Shown piece after piece: positions 37,401 through 52,400 of a stretch of DNA of 64,000 nucleotides. Source of the stretch: Raja brachyura. Taxonomy: Eukaryota. Numbering within the stretch: the stretch's first letter is position 1; each line of letters opens with the position of its first letter. The notes beneath the pieces were generated by a model, which ran no database searches, was not told the DNA's origin, and was given only the letters and a program-made list of their open reading frames with translations. The DNA is taken from NCBI GenBank assembly GCA_963514005.1, contig OY740792.1, positions 39,866,001 to 39,930,000 of the forward strand, given 5' to 3'. Position numbers and translations under genes: made by a program.

Positions 37401-40400
37401 AGATGCTGGTTTATTTTTTTAAAAAAGATGCAAATGCTTGAGTACTCAACAGTAAGGATGCATCTCCGGAGAACATGGATGGGTGGCAATTTGGGTCGGT
37501 ATCCTTATTCAGACTGGATAGGTGATCCCTTCCTCAGATTCAAATGTACAGTCAACCCTTGTTTTAACGGACTCCTTTATAATGGATTTCAGATGTAGCA
37601 GACGGACTTGCCGATGCCACCCCTCGGCTCGCACCATCTCCCCGGCTGTTAAGATCTCCAACTTCCAACCCCATCCCGACTCACAAGGTGCACAAGCGAG
37701 CCCTTCCTCACCCACCGCACGGTCTGTTAACACTCAGGCCCCTGGGGACAGTCCTTACTTCAGGCCACGGCCAACGATAGGACATGCTCAGTTACTGTGG
37801 GGCTCCCTCCCCTCTCACCTGCTGCTGCTGCTGTCGGCGGTGGCTTTGTCTCCCCACTCCATGGCCTCTTTCCCCGTCCCATCCCCTTCGCCCCCCCAGT
37901 CTCCAAGCCACCGTCTCCACTTTCTCTCCTGGAGTCGCCGACATACTTCACCATGGAGGCGGCAGCAAGTGAGAGTGGAGGAAGCCCCATAGTGACCGAG
38001 CACGTCCTATCGTTGACAGCAGCCTGAAGAAAACGCTCTCAGGGGCCAAAGTGTCTGCCACAACAACAGCCGCGTGCACCAATGAAGAAGAGCTCACTGG
38101 TGCAGACTCGTTTCAAGGTGAAATGACACAAAGTGCTGGTGTAACTCAGCTGACTGAACCAGACTGAAGAAGGGTCCTGACATCACCTATCCATGTTCTC
38201 CAACGATGCTGCCTGATCCGTTGAGATACTCCCAACGCTTTGTGTCTCTTTTGTGTATTAACCATTATCTACAGTTCTCCGTTTCAACTACATACAACGA
38301 TAATACCTTACATAGTTATGGCGGATGATCACATAACGGACCTCCATCTCCCCCCCATGATTCGTTATAATGAGGGTTTACTGTATTTAATGCTATGGGG
38401 TAAGGATGAGATTGGCCTCATTCGTTGAATAGTTTGCAAAGAATGGACACTTGAAAGAGACATTGAAAGACTGCTCACGCAATTATATTCTAATATTAGT
38501 TATTATCTCCCTCTCTGGATATCCGACAACCTGAGAATAGCTACTGCGTTATCCAGCCATTGCAGTCAACCATTTTAGCAGATAAAACGGTCAAAAATAA
38601 TATTCTGTTAGTAGTGTTAATTGTGGTATAGTGGTTGCTAGTTTATTTAAATTAATTTTCTCCTTCAAAATATCTATTTTCTATCTATTTGTTACTTAAC
38701 CCGGATATTAACCCCTTTATCAATTCAGTGTGAAATGGTGTGGAAATGTGTTAACATTTCAAGTTTATTAGTCTCAGTAATTTTTAGGCTTTTTGAATCT
38801 TGTCCTCCCCAAAAGAATATGCTTAAAAATTTACTATGCTCACTGTGCAGTGCCATTTTTACTTTGATTTTTTTGATCATCAGTATCCTATGAAAAACTT
38901 AAAACTAATCAAGAGCAAAAACAATATACATTAGATTGTTGGCGTTCTCTGGTGTTGAATTATTTTATAGAATATAAATCAGTTTTAGATTACGTAGGCA
39001 TGTAGGATTAGGTTTCGTTGGTGACTCTTGCAATAGTTTTACGTCTTTACTTTTGTGATATATAATGGGTTATTCAAGGGAGATGACATTCTTAAGTTCA
39101 GTGCTGTTATATATATATATATGTGTGTATATATATAAAGAAACATAGAAAATAGGTGCAGGAGTAGGCCATTCGGCCCTTCGAGCCTGCACCGCCATTC
39201 AATATGATCATGGCTGATCATCCAACTCGGTAGCCTTCTCTCCATACCCCCTGATCCCTTTAGCCACAAGGGCCACATCTAACTCCCTCTTAAATATAGC
39301 CAATGAAATGGCCTCAACTACCATCTGTGGCAGAGAATTCCAGAGATTCACCACTCTCTGTGTGAAAAATGTTTTTCTCATCTAGGTCCTAAAAGATTTT
39401 CCCCTTATTCTTAATACTATGACACCTTGTTCTGGACCTCCCCAACATCGGGGACAATATTCCTGCAACTAGCCTGTCCAACCCCTTAAGAATTTTGTAA
39501 GTTTCTATAAGATCCCCCCCCCCCTCAATCTTCTAAATTCTAGCGAGTACAAACCGAGTCTATCCAGTCTTTCTTCATATGAAAGTCCTGTCATCCCAGA
39601 AATCATTTCTGTACTCCCTCTATGGCAAGAATGTATTTCTTCAGATTTGGAGACCAAAACTGTATGCAATACTCAAGGTGTGGTCTCACCAAGACCCTGT
39701 ACAACTGCAGTAGAACCTCCCTGCTCCTATACTCAAATCCTTTTGCTATGAATGATAACATACCATTCGCTTTCTTCACTGCCTGCTGCACCTGCATGCC
39801 TACTTTCAATGACTGGTGTACCATGACACCCAGGTCTCGTTGCATCTCCCCTTTTCCTAATCGGCCCCCATTCAGATAATAGTCTGCTTTCCTGTTTTTT
39901 GCCACCAAAGTGGATAACCTCACATTTATCCACATTATACTGCATCTGCCATGCATTTGCCCACTCACCCAGCCTATCCAAGTCACCTTGCAGCCTCCTA
40001 GCATCCTCCTCGCAGCTAACACTGCCCCCCGCAAACATGGAGATGTTGCATTCACTTCCCTCGTCTAAATCATTAATATATATTGTAAATAGCTGGGGTC
40101 CCAGCACTGAGCCTTGCGGTACCCCACTAGTCACTGCCTGCCATTCTGAAAAGGACCCGTTTACTCCTCCTCTTTGCTTCCTGTTTGCGAGCCAGTTCTC
40201 TATCCACATCAATATTGAACCGCCAATACCGTGTGCTTTAAGTTTGTATACTAATCTCTCATGTGGGACCTTGTCGAAAGCCTTCTGAAAGTTCAGATAT
40301 AACACATCCGCTCTACTAGTTATATCCTCAAAAAATTCTATAAGATTTGTCAGACATGATTTACCTTTCGTAAATCCATGCTGATTTTGTCCAATGATTT

Positions 40401-43400
40401 CACCACTTTCCAAATGTGCTGCTGTCCCATCTTTAATAACGGACTCTAGCAGTTTCCCCGCCACCGATGTTAGACTAACTGGTTTGTAATTCCCCGTTTT
40501 CTCTCTCCCTCCCTTTTTAAAAAGTGGGGTTACATTAGTACCCTCCAATCCTCAGAAACAACTCCAGAATCTAAAGAGTTTGGAAAAATTATCACTAATG
40601 CATCCACTATTTCTGGGGCTACTTCCTTAAGTACTCTGGGATGCAGCCTATCTGGCCCTGGGGATTTATCGGCCTTTAATCCATTCAATTTACCTAACGC
40701 CACTTCCCGGCTAACCTGGATTTCAATCTGTTCCTCCATATCATTTGACCCCTGGTCCCTTGCTATTTCCGGAAGATTATTTATGTCTTCCTTAGTGAAG
40801 ACAGAACCAAAGTAGTTATTCAATTGGTCTGCCATGTCCTTGTTCCCCATGATCAATTCACCCGTTTCTGACTGCAAGGGACCTTCATTTCTTTTAACTA
40901 ATCTTTTTCTCTTCACATATCTATAAAAACTGTTGCAGTCATTTTTTATGTTCCCTGCCAATTTCCTTTCATAATCTATTTTCCCTTTCCTAATTAAGCC
41001 CTTTGTCCTCCTCTACTGGACTCTGAATTTCTCCCAGTCCTCTGGTAGGCAGCTTTTTCTGGCTAATTTGTACACTTCATCTTTTGCTTTGATACTATCC
41101 CTCATTTCCCTTGTTATCCACAGATGCACTTCCTTCCCTGATTTATTCTTTTGCCAAACTGGGATGAACAATTGTAGTTCATCCATGCAGTCTTTAAATG
41201 CTTTCCATTGCACATCCACCGTCAACCCTTTAAGAATCAATTGCTAGTCTATCTTGGCCAATTCACGTCTCATACCCTTAAAGTTACCTTTCTTTAAGTT
41301 CAGAACCCTTGTTTCTGACTTAATTATGTCACTCTCCATCCTAATGAAGAACTCAACCATGTTATGGTCACTCTTGCCCAAGGGGCCACACACAACAAGA
41401 CTACTAACTAACCCTCGTTACTCAATACCCAGCCTAGAATAGCCTGCTCTCTCTTTGGTTCCTCGACACGTTGGTTTAGAAAACTATCCCGCATACATTC
41501 CAAGAAATCCTGTTCCTCAGCACCCCTGCCAATTTGATTCACCCAATCTATATGTAGATTGAAGTCGCCCATTATAACTGTTTTACCCTTGTTGCTCGCA
41601 TTTCTAATTTCCTGTTTGATGCCATCCCCAACTCCACTACTACTGTTAGGTGGCCTGTACACAACTCCCACTAGGGCGTTCTGCCCCTTAGTGTTTCACA
41701 GCTCTACCCATATCGATTCCACATCCTCCAAGCTATATAGAGTCATAGAGTGATAGAGTGTGGAACCAGGCCCTTCGGCCCAACTTGCCCACACCGGCCA
41801 ACATGTCCCAGCTACACTAGTCCTACCTGCTTGTGTTTGGTTCATGTTCCTCCAAACTTGTTCTATCCATGTACCTGTCTATAACTGTTTCTTAAACACT
41901 GGTTTTGTCCCAGCCTCAGCTACCTCCTCTGGCAGCTTGTTCCATACACCCACCATCCTTGGTGTGAAAAAGTACCCCCTCAGATTCCTATTAAAATTTT
42001 CCCTTTCACCTTGAACCTATGTCCTCTGGCCCTCGATTCCCCTACTCTGGGCAGGAGATTTTGTGCATCTACCCAATTTATTCCTCTCATAATTTTATAC
42101 ACCTCTATAAGATCACCCCTCATCCTCCCGTGCTCCAAGGAATAGAGACCCAGCCTATTCAACCTCTCTCTATAGCTCAAACCCTGTAGTTCTGGCAACA
42201 TCCTCATAAATCTTTTCTGAACCCCTTCAAGCTTGACAATATCTTTCCTATAACATGATGCCCAGAGCTGAATACAATACTCTAAATGTGGCCTCACCAA
42301 CGTCTTATACAACTGCAACATGACCTCCCAACCTCTATACTCAATACTCTGACTGATGAAGGTCAATGTGCCAAAAGCCTTTTTGACCACCTTATCTACC
42401 TACGACTCGACCTTCACGGAACCGTGCACCTACACTCCTAGATCCCTCTGATCTACATCACTCCCCAGATGCCTACCATTCACCGTGTAGGTCCTGCCCT
42501 TGTTAGACATCCCAAAATGCAACGCCTCACATTTCTCTGTATTAAATTCCATCAACCATTCCTCAGCCACCTGGCCAATCTATCAAGATCCTGCTGCAAT
42601 CTTTCACAACCATCTTCATTATCTGCAAAACCACCCACTTTTGTATCATCAGCAAATTTGCTAATATTGCCCTGTATGTTCTCATCCAAATCATTGATGT
42701 AGATGACAAACAGTAACGGGCCCAGCACAGAACCCTGAGGCACATTAGTCACAGGCCTACAGTCCGAGAAGCAACCTTCCACTATCGCCCTCTGCTTCTA
42801 TCCATGAAGCGGATTTGTTATCCATTCAGCTATCTCTCCTTGGATCCCATGGGATCTAACCTTCCAGAGCAGCCTACCATGCGGAACCTTGTTGAATACC
42901 TTACTAAAATCCACATATACAACATCTACAGCTCTGCCCTCATCAACCTTTTTGGTCACGTCTTCAAAAAACTCAGATTTGTGAGATATGAGCTTCCATG
43001 TACCGAATAATTCTACAATTTACCTCAAAGGTACATACATCCTTTCTAATTCCGGATTGCATTGGTTAAAAATGTTAATGGATGCTCATTCTATCATTGG
43101 TTTTAAACGTTTTAAAATTCTAATGCTTTCTACATTCCACTGGTTTTACGATTGATGTTCAAATGTTGAGACTACTTTCAGGTGAAATTAAACAAATTAA
43201 ATTTTAAAAAAAAAGCAAAATGATTGAAAATTAATTCTTGATTTGAGTTCATTTGCAACTTTGGCTAATAATAAATATACGGCGAAAGTAAACTATTGAT
43301 GTGAAAGATATAAAAATTCTAGATCTAATCATATTGATACCAATGACATAGACAAAAGGGGAAATGAGGTTCTGCAAAGCTAATTTAAGGAGTTAGGCAT

Positions 43401-46400
43401 CTAGGCAAGTTAGGCAATCTCCTTCTCACTGTGATGGAAGGCAAAGTCTTGTCTCTCCCCTGCGGGTGATGGCAAGTCCTGAGGCCATTAAGGCCGCACC
43501 AGGCGATGTAAGGCCCTGCCCGGGTCTTGATGTTGGAGCCCCCAGCGGGCGCTGGCAAGTCCCACAGCCTTTTAAGCCGTGCCGGGCGATGTAAGGCCCC
43601 GCTCCAGATTGCCTTCAACCCCGCAACTCGGGCGGGAGAAGTTGCCGTTGCGGGAGCTCCAAAAAACGATCTCCCAGGGACCCGCGATCTCCCGATGTCA
43701 CTGTCCAGCGGGCCTGCGACTGGAGCCCCCAGGTCGTTCCGATTTGAGGCCGCTCCATGGTGCTAGGCCCCAACGTCAACGGAGACCCGACAGGGAAAAG
43801 GTCGGGTCCCCGGTGCAGGGAATAGATTTAAACGTTTCCCCCACCCTGCCCCCCGCACATAAAAACAATAAAATATAACACTACAAACTATATACTCAAC
43901 GGGACAGAAAATTTAAAAAAGACAGACGAACTGCAGAGGCCGCTGCAACGTCGGTCGCGCCACCTGATAATGTGCTTTTTATGGTACATTTGTAGAAGTT
44001 GTTACGAATAATGGGAGACGTGCTGAACTACCTGGGGAAGTAGGGGCATGGTGTGATTTTTGGCCGTAGCTTCAGTGTGGTTGGGCCAGAACATTTGTTG
44101 GTGATATTAATGCCTTGATCTTGAAGCTCTCACCCATCACCTCTTTGGCACCATTAATGATGGTAGGGGCATGTACTCCACCTCGCGTCCTGAAGTCAAT
44201 AACTAGCTCTAACCAGAGAGATTGGTGGTTCAACACCATGTTACTAAGTTTTGTATTTACTTCCTGTTCTTCATCTCGTCGTTGTTTGAGATCCAACCCA
44301 CTGCTGTCATCTGCTAACTTGTAGTTGGAGGTAGAGCAGAATTTGGTTGCACAGTCGTGCGTGCAAAGGGAGTAGAGTAAGGGGCTGAGAAAGGATCCTT
44401 GCAGGGCATTGGCACTGAGAATTATTGTTACTATCCTCACTGTTTGTGGTCCAATGGGAGAGCAATTATAAGGGGAAAGCATACAGTTAACTATTAACAA
44501 CATAGATGTACAGAGGTATCTTGGTGTCCAGGTCCATAATTCGCTTAAAATATTAGCTTATGCAGATAGAATAGATTTTTTTAAAAGGCATATTGTGTGT
44601 TTGCCTTCACTGAGTAGAAGAATCAAGAAGTCAAGTTGCAATTTTATTAAAATAATATTGGTTAGGGCGCATTTGGAGTAACGTGTGCAGTTCTGGTCAC
44701 AGCATTACAGAAATGATATGAAGGCTTTGGTGAGTGTGCAGAAGCGGTTTACTAGGATGCTGCCTGGAATAGAGGATATTAGCTATAAGGGGAGGTTGAA
44801 CAAACTTGGATTATTTTCTCTGGTGCATCGGGAGCTGAGGGGAGACTTGATAGAAGTTTATAAAATTATGAGAGGCATGGATAGTGTATACTGTTAGAAA
44901 ATGTTACACATATTAGAATGCATAGCTTTAAGGTGAGAGTGGGAATGTTTAAAGCAGATGTGCGATGTAACTGACAGATGCCTGGAATCGCTGCCAGGAA
45001 TGGTGGTGGAAGCAGATACGATAAGGGGCGTTTAAGGGGCTTTCAAATGAATGAGCAGGGAACTGAGGGATATGGGACATGTGCAGGCAGAAGGGATTAG
45101 TTTAATTTGGCACCATGTTCAGCACTTACATTGTGAGTCCAAGGGCTTGGCCCTGTGCACTATTGTTCTCTGTTCTTTGTAATACTTAATTTGTAGTAAT
45201 TTGAGCTATTTTCATTGAAGTTAATAGAACAAGTGCTCCCCTAGTGTCCCCAATTTAGGTAAGGAACATAACAATCTAAGAACTTGGAGTAAGGCATTTG
45301 ACGTGCCTGCTTCGTCAAGTAATAAGTTACAGTTGTTTTTTTTTACCTAGGCTCTTGCAAAAATCCCTAGGTCTAAGATGTAAAAATCTATTGACTACTA
45401 TCTTGAATATACATAACACCTGAGCCACTACACAATATCATATTTGGTAGAGAATTCCAAAAACTTCCTGAGAATTATTCAAAGGATTATGTTGTTATTA
45501 GTACACCATCATTGCTGACAAACAATGTCTGGAGTTCATGTGAGCAAAGGATTGAACCCAACTTAAAGAATGATCACTTGAGACCAGAACAGAGGGATCT
45601 TGGGAAACTCTTTAGATGCCCCATGGGAGGGGAGAATCCTAAGAAGGGAGATTGTTTTAGAAGGTGTCACCTTTCTCTGCAGGGAGGTTCAATATCCTTT
45701 CTCTGTGTCCAACTACACTAATGTTACAAAATTGTGTGCAATGATTTTTAAATTTGGATGCAAAGAATTAGTGGTGTCATTTTAAATCATTGGATGAAAC
45801 AATTAATCATAATTACACACTTTAGCATAAATGTCCTGGTTCCTTATTTTCTTGGTAATTCTATACACACATCTGTTGGGCTTGTTTGGTTAATTTAGAA
45901 CAGAACTTGCTGAGAATCCAATTACAAGCCGTGCGCCACTTTCAGTATTTGTTGTGTGAGATTTTGCCATGTGCAACCATATGGCTAATCAGTTGGGATT
46001 ACGCTGCATTACAAGATGTTCTTACTCTTCAGGAAAGAGATAAAATTTGTTCTGGTCTAGAATACCGCAAATCTTATTATAGACTCTTCCCAAAGGGATC
46101 CTGATTTCAGCTTTACAATGTAGACTTTACAATGTAGACCATTTTTCTATGTAGTGGAGAATAATTCTTCCATTTCCCAATCCTTCCTTCCTTGTTTACC
46201 TTGAAGGAATTTTTCACTTTGCTTGCAAAGAGAAAAAATCAAGAATTATATAATTTATTACTGGTGAATACTTGAGGCAAATATATCAGCATTCATACAA
46301 CTTGCCATTTATTTTGCTTGCTTATATTTGAGATAACATTCCCCACAGATTCCCTATGTCGATCTGCATGTGGTTTGTTTGCATTAACAGTTGTTACCCA

Positions 46401-49400
46401 GGTTAAGTTTCAATACCATGCTAGCCATTATTATTCTTTTAAACTAGCTTATGCAGAATTTTCAGTTTCTGCAAAAAAATTAATTAGGTGAATCACCTCC
46501 ATTGATATTAGCTTAAATCAAACTATTATGTCTTATAACACAGCCTACTTCAAGGAACAAGAGGTGGGAGATTTTGTTTACCCAAACTACTAGTGTAGCA
46601 TGATCTACACATGTCCAGCATGATTCATGGTCTGGATTTGCAGCTGTAATGTGAATACAGTTTCAGTGGAGTTTATGGGAAATGTTAATTTTGGGAAGAT
46701 TTATGTTGGATAATCAGATATATGCGTGGTTTTGCATTGCATCATATGCCCAATTATGTCTAGCATTGAATTTCATTGTGCATTTTTCAGGTTTTTACTA
46801 ATTCAATTTTAGAAATTTCATGCTAATATGGAAATAAAACATTTTTTTAACTTCCATTTTAACTCCTTTACACTCAGCACTTAAAATGAATTTGATTAAA
46901 ATAACTCAAGGTAGATTTTAATAAGTTTCTCTTTCATGGTAATGCCCTGGAAACTGTGCCAACATAAATCCTTGTAAGTGACAGGGCATGTTGAGAGAAG
47001 TGATTAGTAAATTATATGGGATCAGAGGCTCATAAATAGAGGCAAGGAACACTAAAGCAGGAAAGTTATCATACAAACCAGTCTCCCCTCCCCCATACAT
47101 CAACTCCCTCTACACTTCACGCTGCTTCGGAAAAGCTGCCAAGATAATCAAGGACCACCTATTTCCTGGTTATTCCCTCTTCTCCCAACTCCCACCAGGA
47201 AGAAGATACAAATGCTTGAAAGCACGTACAAACAGATTTAGCAACAGCTTCTTCCCGCTGTTAGCATACTGCTGAACGGACCTCTCATAAGCTATGGATA
47301 TAGTCCCAATCTCCCAATCTACCTCATACTGGCTCTTGCACTTTTTTTACCTGCACTTTCTTTGTAGCTGTAACTGTGTAATGCTATAACACTACTCTGC
47401 ACCTTGGTTATTTTTCCCCTTGCAACACCTGTTGTATTTGTGTATTAGTATGATTTGACGGGATACCATGCAAACAACGTCTTTCACTGTATTTTGGTAT
47501 TTTAACAATAACAAACTGATTCCAAATAATGTTGAATCTATACAAAACATTGGTCATGGCTGTACCTGGTATATTGGAACCGATTATGATCACCAGACTT
47601 AAGGCTGCAGGGGCGATTTCTCAGAATAGTTCCAATGATGACCGGTTTCAGCTAGGTGGCAAGACAGGAGAAGCTATGTTGTGTGCTTACAACATGGAAG
47701 TTTGAGACAGAGATTTGATAGGGTTGTGCAAGATCATGGCTGGATCAGGCAATATAAACAGAAGGAAGCTGTCCATTTAGCAAGGACCAAAGGACACAGA
47801 TCTAAGATTTTGCTGCAATGGTAGAAGAGTACTTTGATGAGAATTTTCCTTTCTGCAGAAAGTTGTTATGGCTTGAACCTTACTACTTGCAAGAGGATTG
47901 GAAACACAATCAATCCAGGCTTTTAAGATGGAACTGGATAGGCACGTGAGGGGAAATTTGTAGGCCTATCGGAAAATAATTTTGAGATTGTGGGGAAAGA
48001 GCAGGGTTATGGGACAGATTGGATTAATTTAGGAGCCAGGAGACATTGAATGGGTACCTCCTGTGTTATAACAATTCCATATATCCACAATTAAGTATTA
48101 GACAGTTGAACAATAGGAGGTCGTGATGTGAGCATTGTGGTACTGTTCTTGTACTTTCCGACAAGAATAATGTGGCTAGGAGGTGAAAATGATGTGTGAT
48201 ACTAACTTAAAATAAGTAATTTAGAGTTAAGAAATGTTGCGTCCACATGATTGTGAGTACATTTTAATACAAGGCATTACTTTTAATAATAGATGTTTGA
48301 AGGAGTGACTGCAAGGAGAAAGTTTGTTTTTGAGAGTGAAACTTTTTTGGCTTTGTGGTTGCCACTGTCATTGCACACGTGATCATATATCGTTAAACAT
48401 AGTGGAAAAAAGACCAGTAAGAGCAGGAAAGATTTGTCATAGTGCCACGTTGCATTCACAGTGTGCTATGAAACCACTTCCCTTCATTATATACTGGACT
48501 TCCTATATTGAACGCAACTATCTTATAAAGGTGGAAACAGATCTGATGAAGACAAATGCATTAACTCAACTGTCATTCCTTTCATGAATATTTACAAAGT
48601 GTTATACCACATTAAATTAGCAGAAGCCGTAAATATGACCCTAATTTATAGGATCAATCTTGTTTTAGACTCGTGTTGGGGTAGGTTGTTCACAGATGTA
48701 TCATGGAGTCCAAAGTCCGGTTATTAGTGGAGCGTGTGTTTAATACCTTTCACCATATACCTGATGCAACATAATCCAACAGACGTATCTTGAGAGTTAT
48801 TTTTGCATTCCTGCTTGATTTCCTAGAGTTATCAATTGCACTCATTTACTATCTTAGTTGCAATTATGGTATTGGGGATCTGGAGGGGTGCGTGGGAGAA
48901 ATTCTAGACAAACATATAAAGTAAATGGCAGTGACCTTAGGAGTGCTTATGTACAGAGAGACCTAAGGGTGCATGTCCATAGCTCCCTGAAAGTGGCGAG
49001 AATGGTGGAAAGAGGACAGAGAAATTTGGTATGCTTGCCTTTAAAGGTCAAGATATTGACTTCAAGAGTTAGGACATCATGTTGCATACAGTTGTACAAA
49101 ACATTGCTTAGACCACACTTAAGAACTTTAATTATAAAATTATAGTTCTCATTGCCACACTACAGGAAAGAGTGCATAAGAGATTCACCAGGATATTGTC
49201 TGGTATGGAAGACTGAAGTTACATGGAGAGATTGGATACGATGGATTTATTCTCCCTGAAATGTAGGAGGCTGAGGAGTTACATGATAAAGGTCTACAAA
49301 ATTACAAAGGGTGAACAATAGAATAGATGGTCACAATCCTTTCTCCCCCAGGATAGAGGAGTCTAGAACTACAGGGCACAGGTTTAAGGTGAGAGGGGAG

Positions 49401-52400
49401 AAATCTTGAAAAAACCTGAGGGGTATGTTTTTCACAGAGAAAGTGGCGAAGATTTGGAATGAGTTGGTAGAGGAGGTAGTAGAAGCAGATACTATTATAA
49501 TGTTAAAAAGGGATTTGGACAAGTACTTGATACTTGTAGAGGGACGCAGGCTTAACGTAGAGGGATGCGCGCCTAAAGAGAGCAAATGGGCAAATAGCAT
49601 AGTTTGGCATCACAGTTGATAAAGGATAATGTCAGTTGTAAAGACCCATTTCTGTGCTGTACGTTTCTATGACTATGATTTTGTTTTAATGCATAGCAAA
49701 GGAAAATGGTTCACCAGATATTCCAAAATGCCATGGTGTTCCATCCCCCTGCCCTCCTGCCCCCAATTTCTTAAACCACATTTATGAAGTAACTGGACAA
49801 CCACCCTGAGATGTATTTGAATATTCAATCCTTCACTTGCAATCTATTTTGCCTTCTAACTTTTGCTGTCATCAAAATGGAAAAGTAATTCAACAAATAT
49901 TTAAATTAGTTGCACATTTGTTTCATATTCTCCATGAAGTATCCCTATATGATTCTGCTTAGATTGAGAATTGAGAAATTAGACTGAGAAATGTATTGTG
50001 GTGTCCACTGAGTACTATGTTTACATATCTGTTGTGCTGTTGCAAGACATTCATAATTAAACTAAACTTGAGATTTTAAGCATCATATAACCATTTCTCA
50101 GTGTTTCTGTGGTCCATTCGCTTATAAACTACTCCTAGTGATTTGATCACTTCCAGTCTTGACCATTCAGTTTCTCTTTCCATTTGCCTCCAGTCATCTA
50201 CTCTATATAAACTGGTTTATCCAAACCTAAAGATGCCCACATTCTATTCTGCACTAAATCCCAGGAGTAGACCACCTTGGACCTTGATTACATTGGGTCT
50301 CTTTTCCTCCACATTTCTATCTGTCCCTTTCATATTCTGCAACATTTTTCTTCATCATTCTTATAATATCTTGATATTTTCTGTATTCTCCATTTCAACT
50401 CATTATCGGCTACTGCCAAACTGTTACTAAGCCCTACATTGGATTGCATATATGTTTCCTACCTGAAACATTACCTATCCATGTTCTCCAGAAATGCTGC
50501 CTGACCTGCTGAATACTCTAGCACTTTGTATCTTTTGTAAACCACCATCTGCAGTTCCTTGTTTCTTCAAATTTGTATTGCTGCATTTTAACTACATTCT
50601 TCTCCTTAACACTGATAAGCTTTTGTTTCTACTGTTATAACTTCACCTGGTTCAACATACATTGTTTCTGATTATCAAGTTTATATATCTGTACCTAAAG
50701 GAGACTAGAAATCCTGCTATTTTTAATATAAAATATTACGTTTTTTTAACCTATTTAAAATAAATGGGCATTGGCAGTTGTTCAGCCATATGAAAACACT
50801 GCTGCCAATCTAAGCATTTGTGTATCTCATTTTTAATTTCATCTTGGAAAACGGACTGCACTGAAAAAGGCAGTCTCAATGTGATGTGAACCAAAGGTGT
50901 CAAAGAGATGTGCCACCATGCTGAAAAGGGATTGCAGGCTCCTTTCCTCATCAGAGAACCAGCTAGGTTTTAATAACAGTCTGGAACTTCAGTGGTTTGT
51001 TTTCTGGTGCTAGACTACAGATTAATTGAAAGCCATTTCACCCAGAAATAGTCACAGGGAAGATTTGAACCTACAATCCATGTGTTGACAGCACAGAACC
51101 AGCAAGTCACCATTTTAAGAATTGATCATATGCCAAGTTTCAACTGGTTGTGTAGATTATATTTTTTGAATATGTCTGACATGTTTCACTTCTGGGCTAA
51201 GTTGTGTGCCATTCCAAGAATGTGCAGAATTTTGTTCGTATTGTCTAAACAATGACCTTGATTTCACATCATGATAATCTGTTGCATTGAAAGCAATTTT
51301 GAGATGTTTCGGAAAAACAAGGCACTATGTAAATGTTAGAATTTGCTTTGTAGCTCTTCACCTGACCTGTCTTTATTCCTAATTAAGCAGAGAATTAAAA
51401 TCAAATGTCCACAAGTAATTATTTTTGCAAATTCCATCCTAGTAACAATCTTCCCGTTGTTAATTTACTACAGGTCAGTGTGATCAGGAATTCCAGAAAA
51501 CGCCCAGCACTAACTATGGACACAGATGCCACACCAAAGAAAACATGCGAGCAGAAGTCCTCTGATCGTTTATTGCCAATTCCATTAATACTGCAGTCCT
51601 CCCGGCCTCTGAATGCACAAGCACTCATCAGTCCACAGGACACACCAATAAATCGCCCCATGCCACCGGAGGCACGCAGACTCATTGTCAATAAAAATGC
51701 CGGTGAAACCTTATTGCAAAGAGCAGCACGTCTAGGCTATGAGGTATGTATTTATTTAAACAGAAATCCTTTTTTTATTTCTTAAAACTGTATCCTATTT
51801 TTAAAATAATAATTTTGGCACATGCAATATTTAAACACAACAAAAAATGTAAACTGCAATTTCTAAGAGTACACCGTAAAAAATAAGAAATGGCCACAGG
51901 GATAAATCGAATAGTACCATGAGCTTGTTCTGCCTGTTAAAAAGATCACAGTTAATCTTGTTTCCTTGCTGATTTCAATACTTCTCTTGCTGCCAAATGT
52001 ACTCAAGCAGTTGAGTCATACACAGTTGAATACACACTGTTTTGGGTGGAGAATTCCAAAGATCCATAGCCATCGTGAGAAAATAAATTATTTGTTCAAG
52101 TCCTAAATGGCTAACACAAGACTCTGAGACTGCTGTCTGGTTCCAGATTCCTCAGCTGAAGGGAAAAGCATGCAACCTGACAATCCATGACATCACCTGT
52201 TGATCTTTGTAAACTCCAGTGTTACTCAATCTCTTCTCATAGTTCAGCTCGGATACCAGTTGGCAATTTAGCTCTGCAATCTCCAAGGCAAGCGTCAGTC
52301 ATACAGCACAGAAACGGGCCCCGCGACCCCGTACTCATCCATGCTGACCAAGAACCCCTTCTAAGCTAGTTAAATTTGCCTCCGTTTGGTCGGTATCCCT

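Noticed and set aside
39139-43008. Intact autonomous LINE
   Set aside because: Two separate 5'-truncated elements with frameshifts, stops and deletions; the first has lost the RT FADD motif (reads MFAGG).
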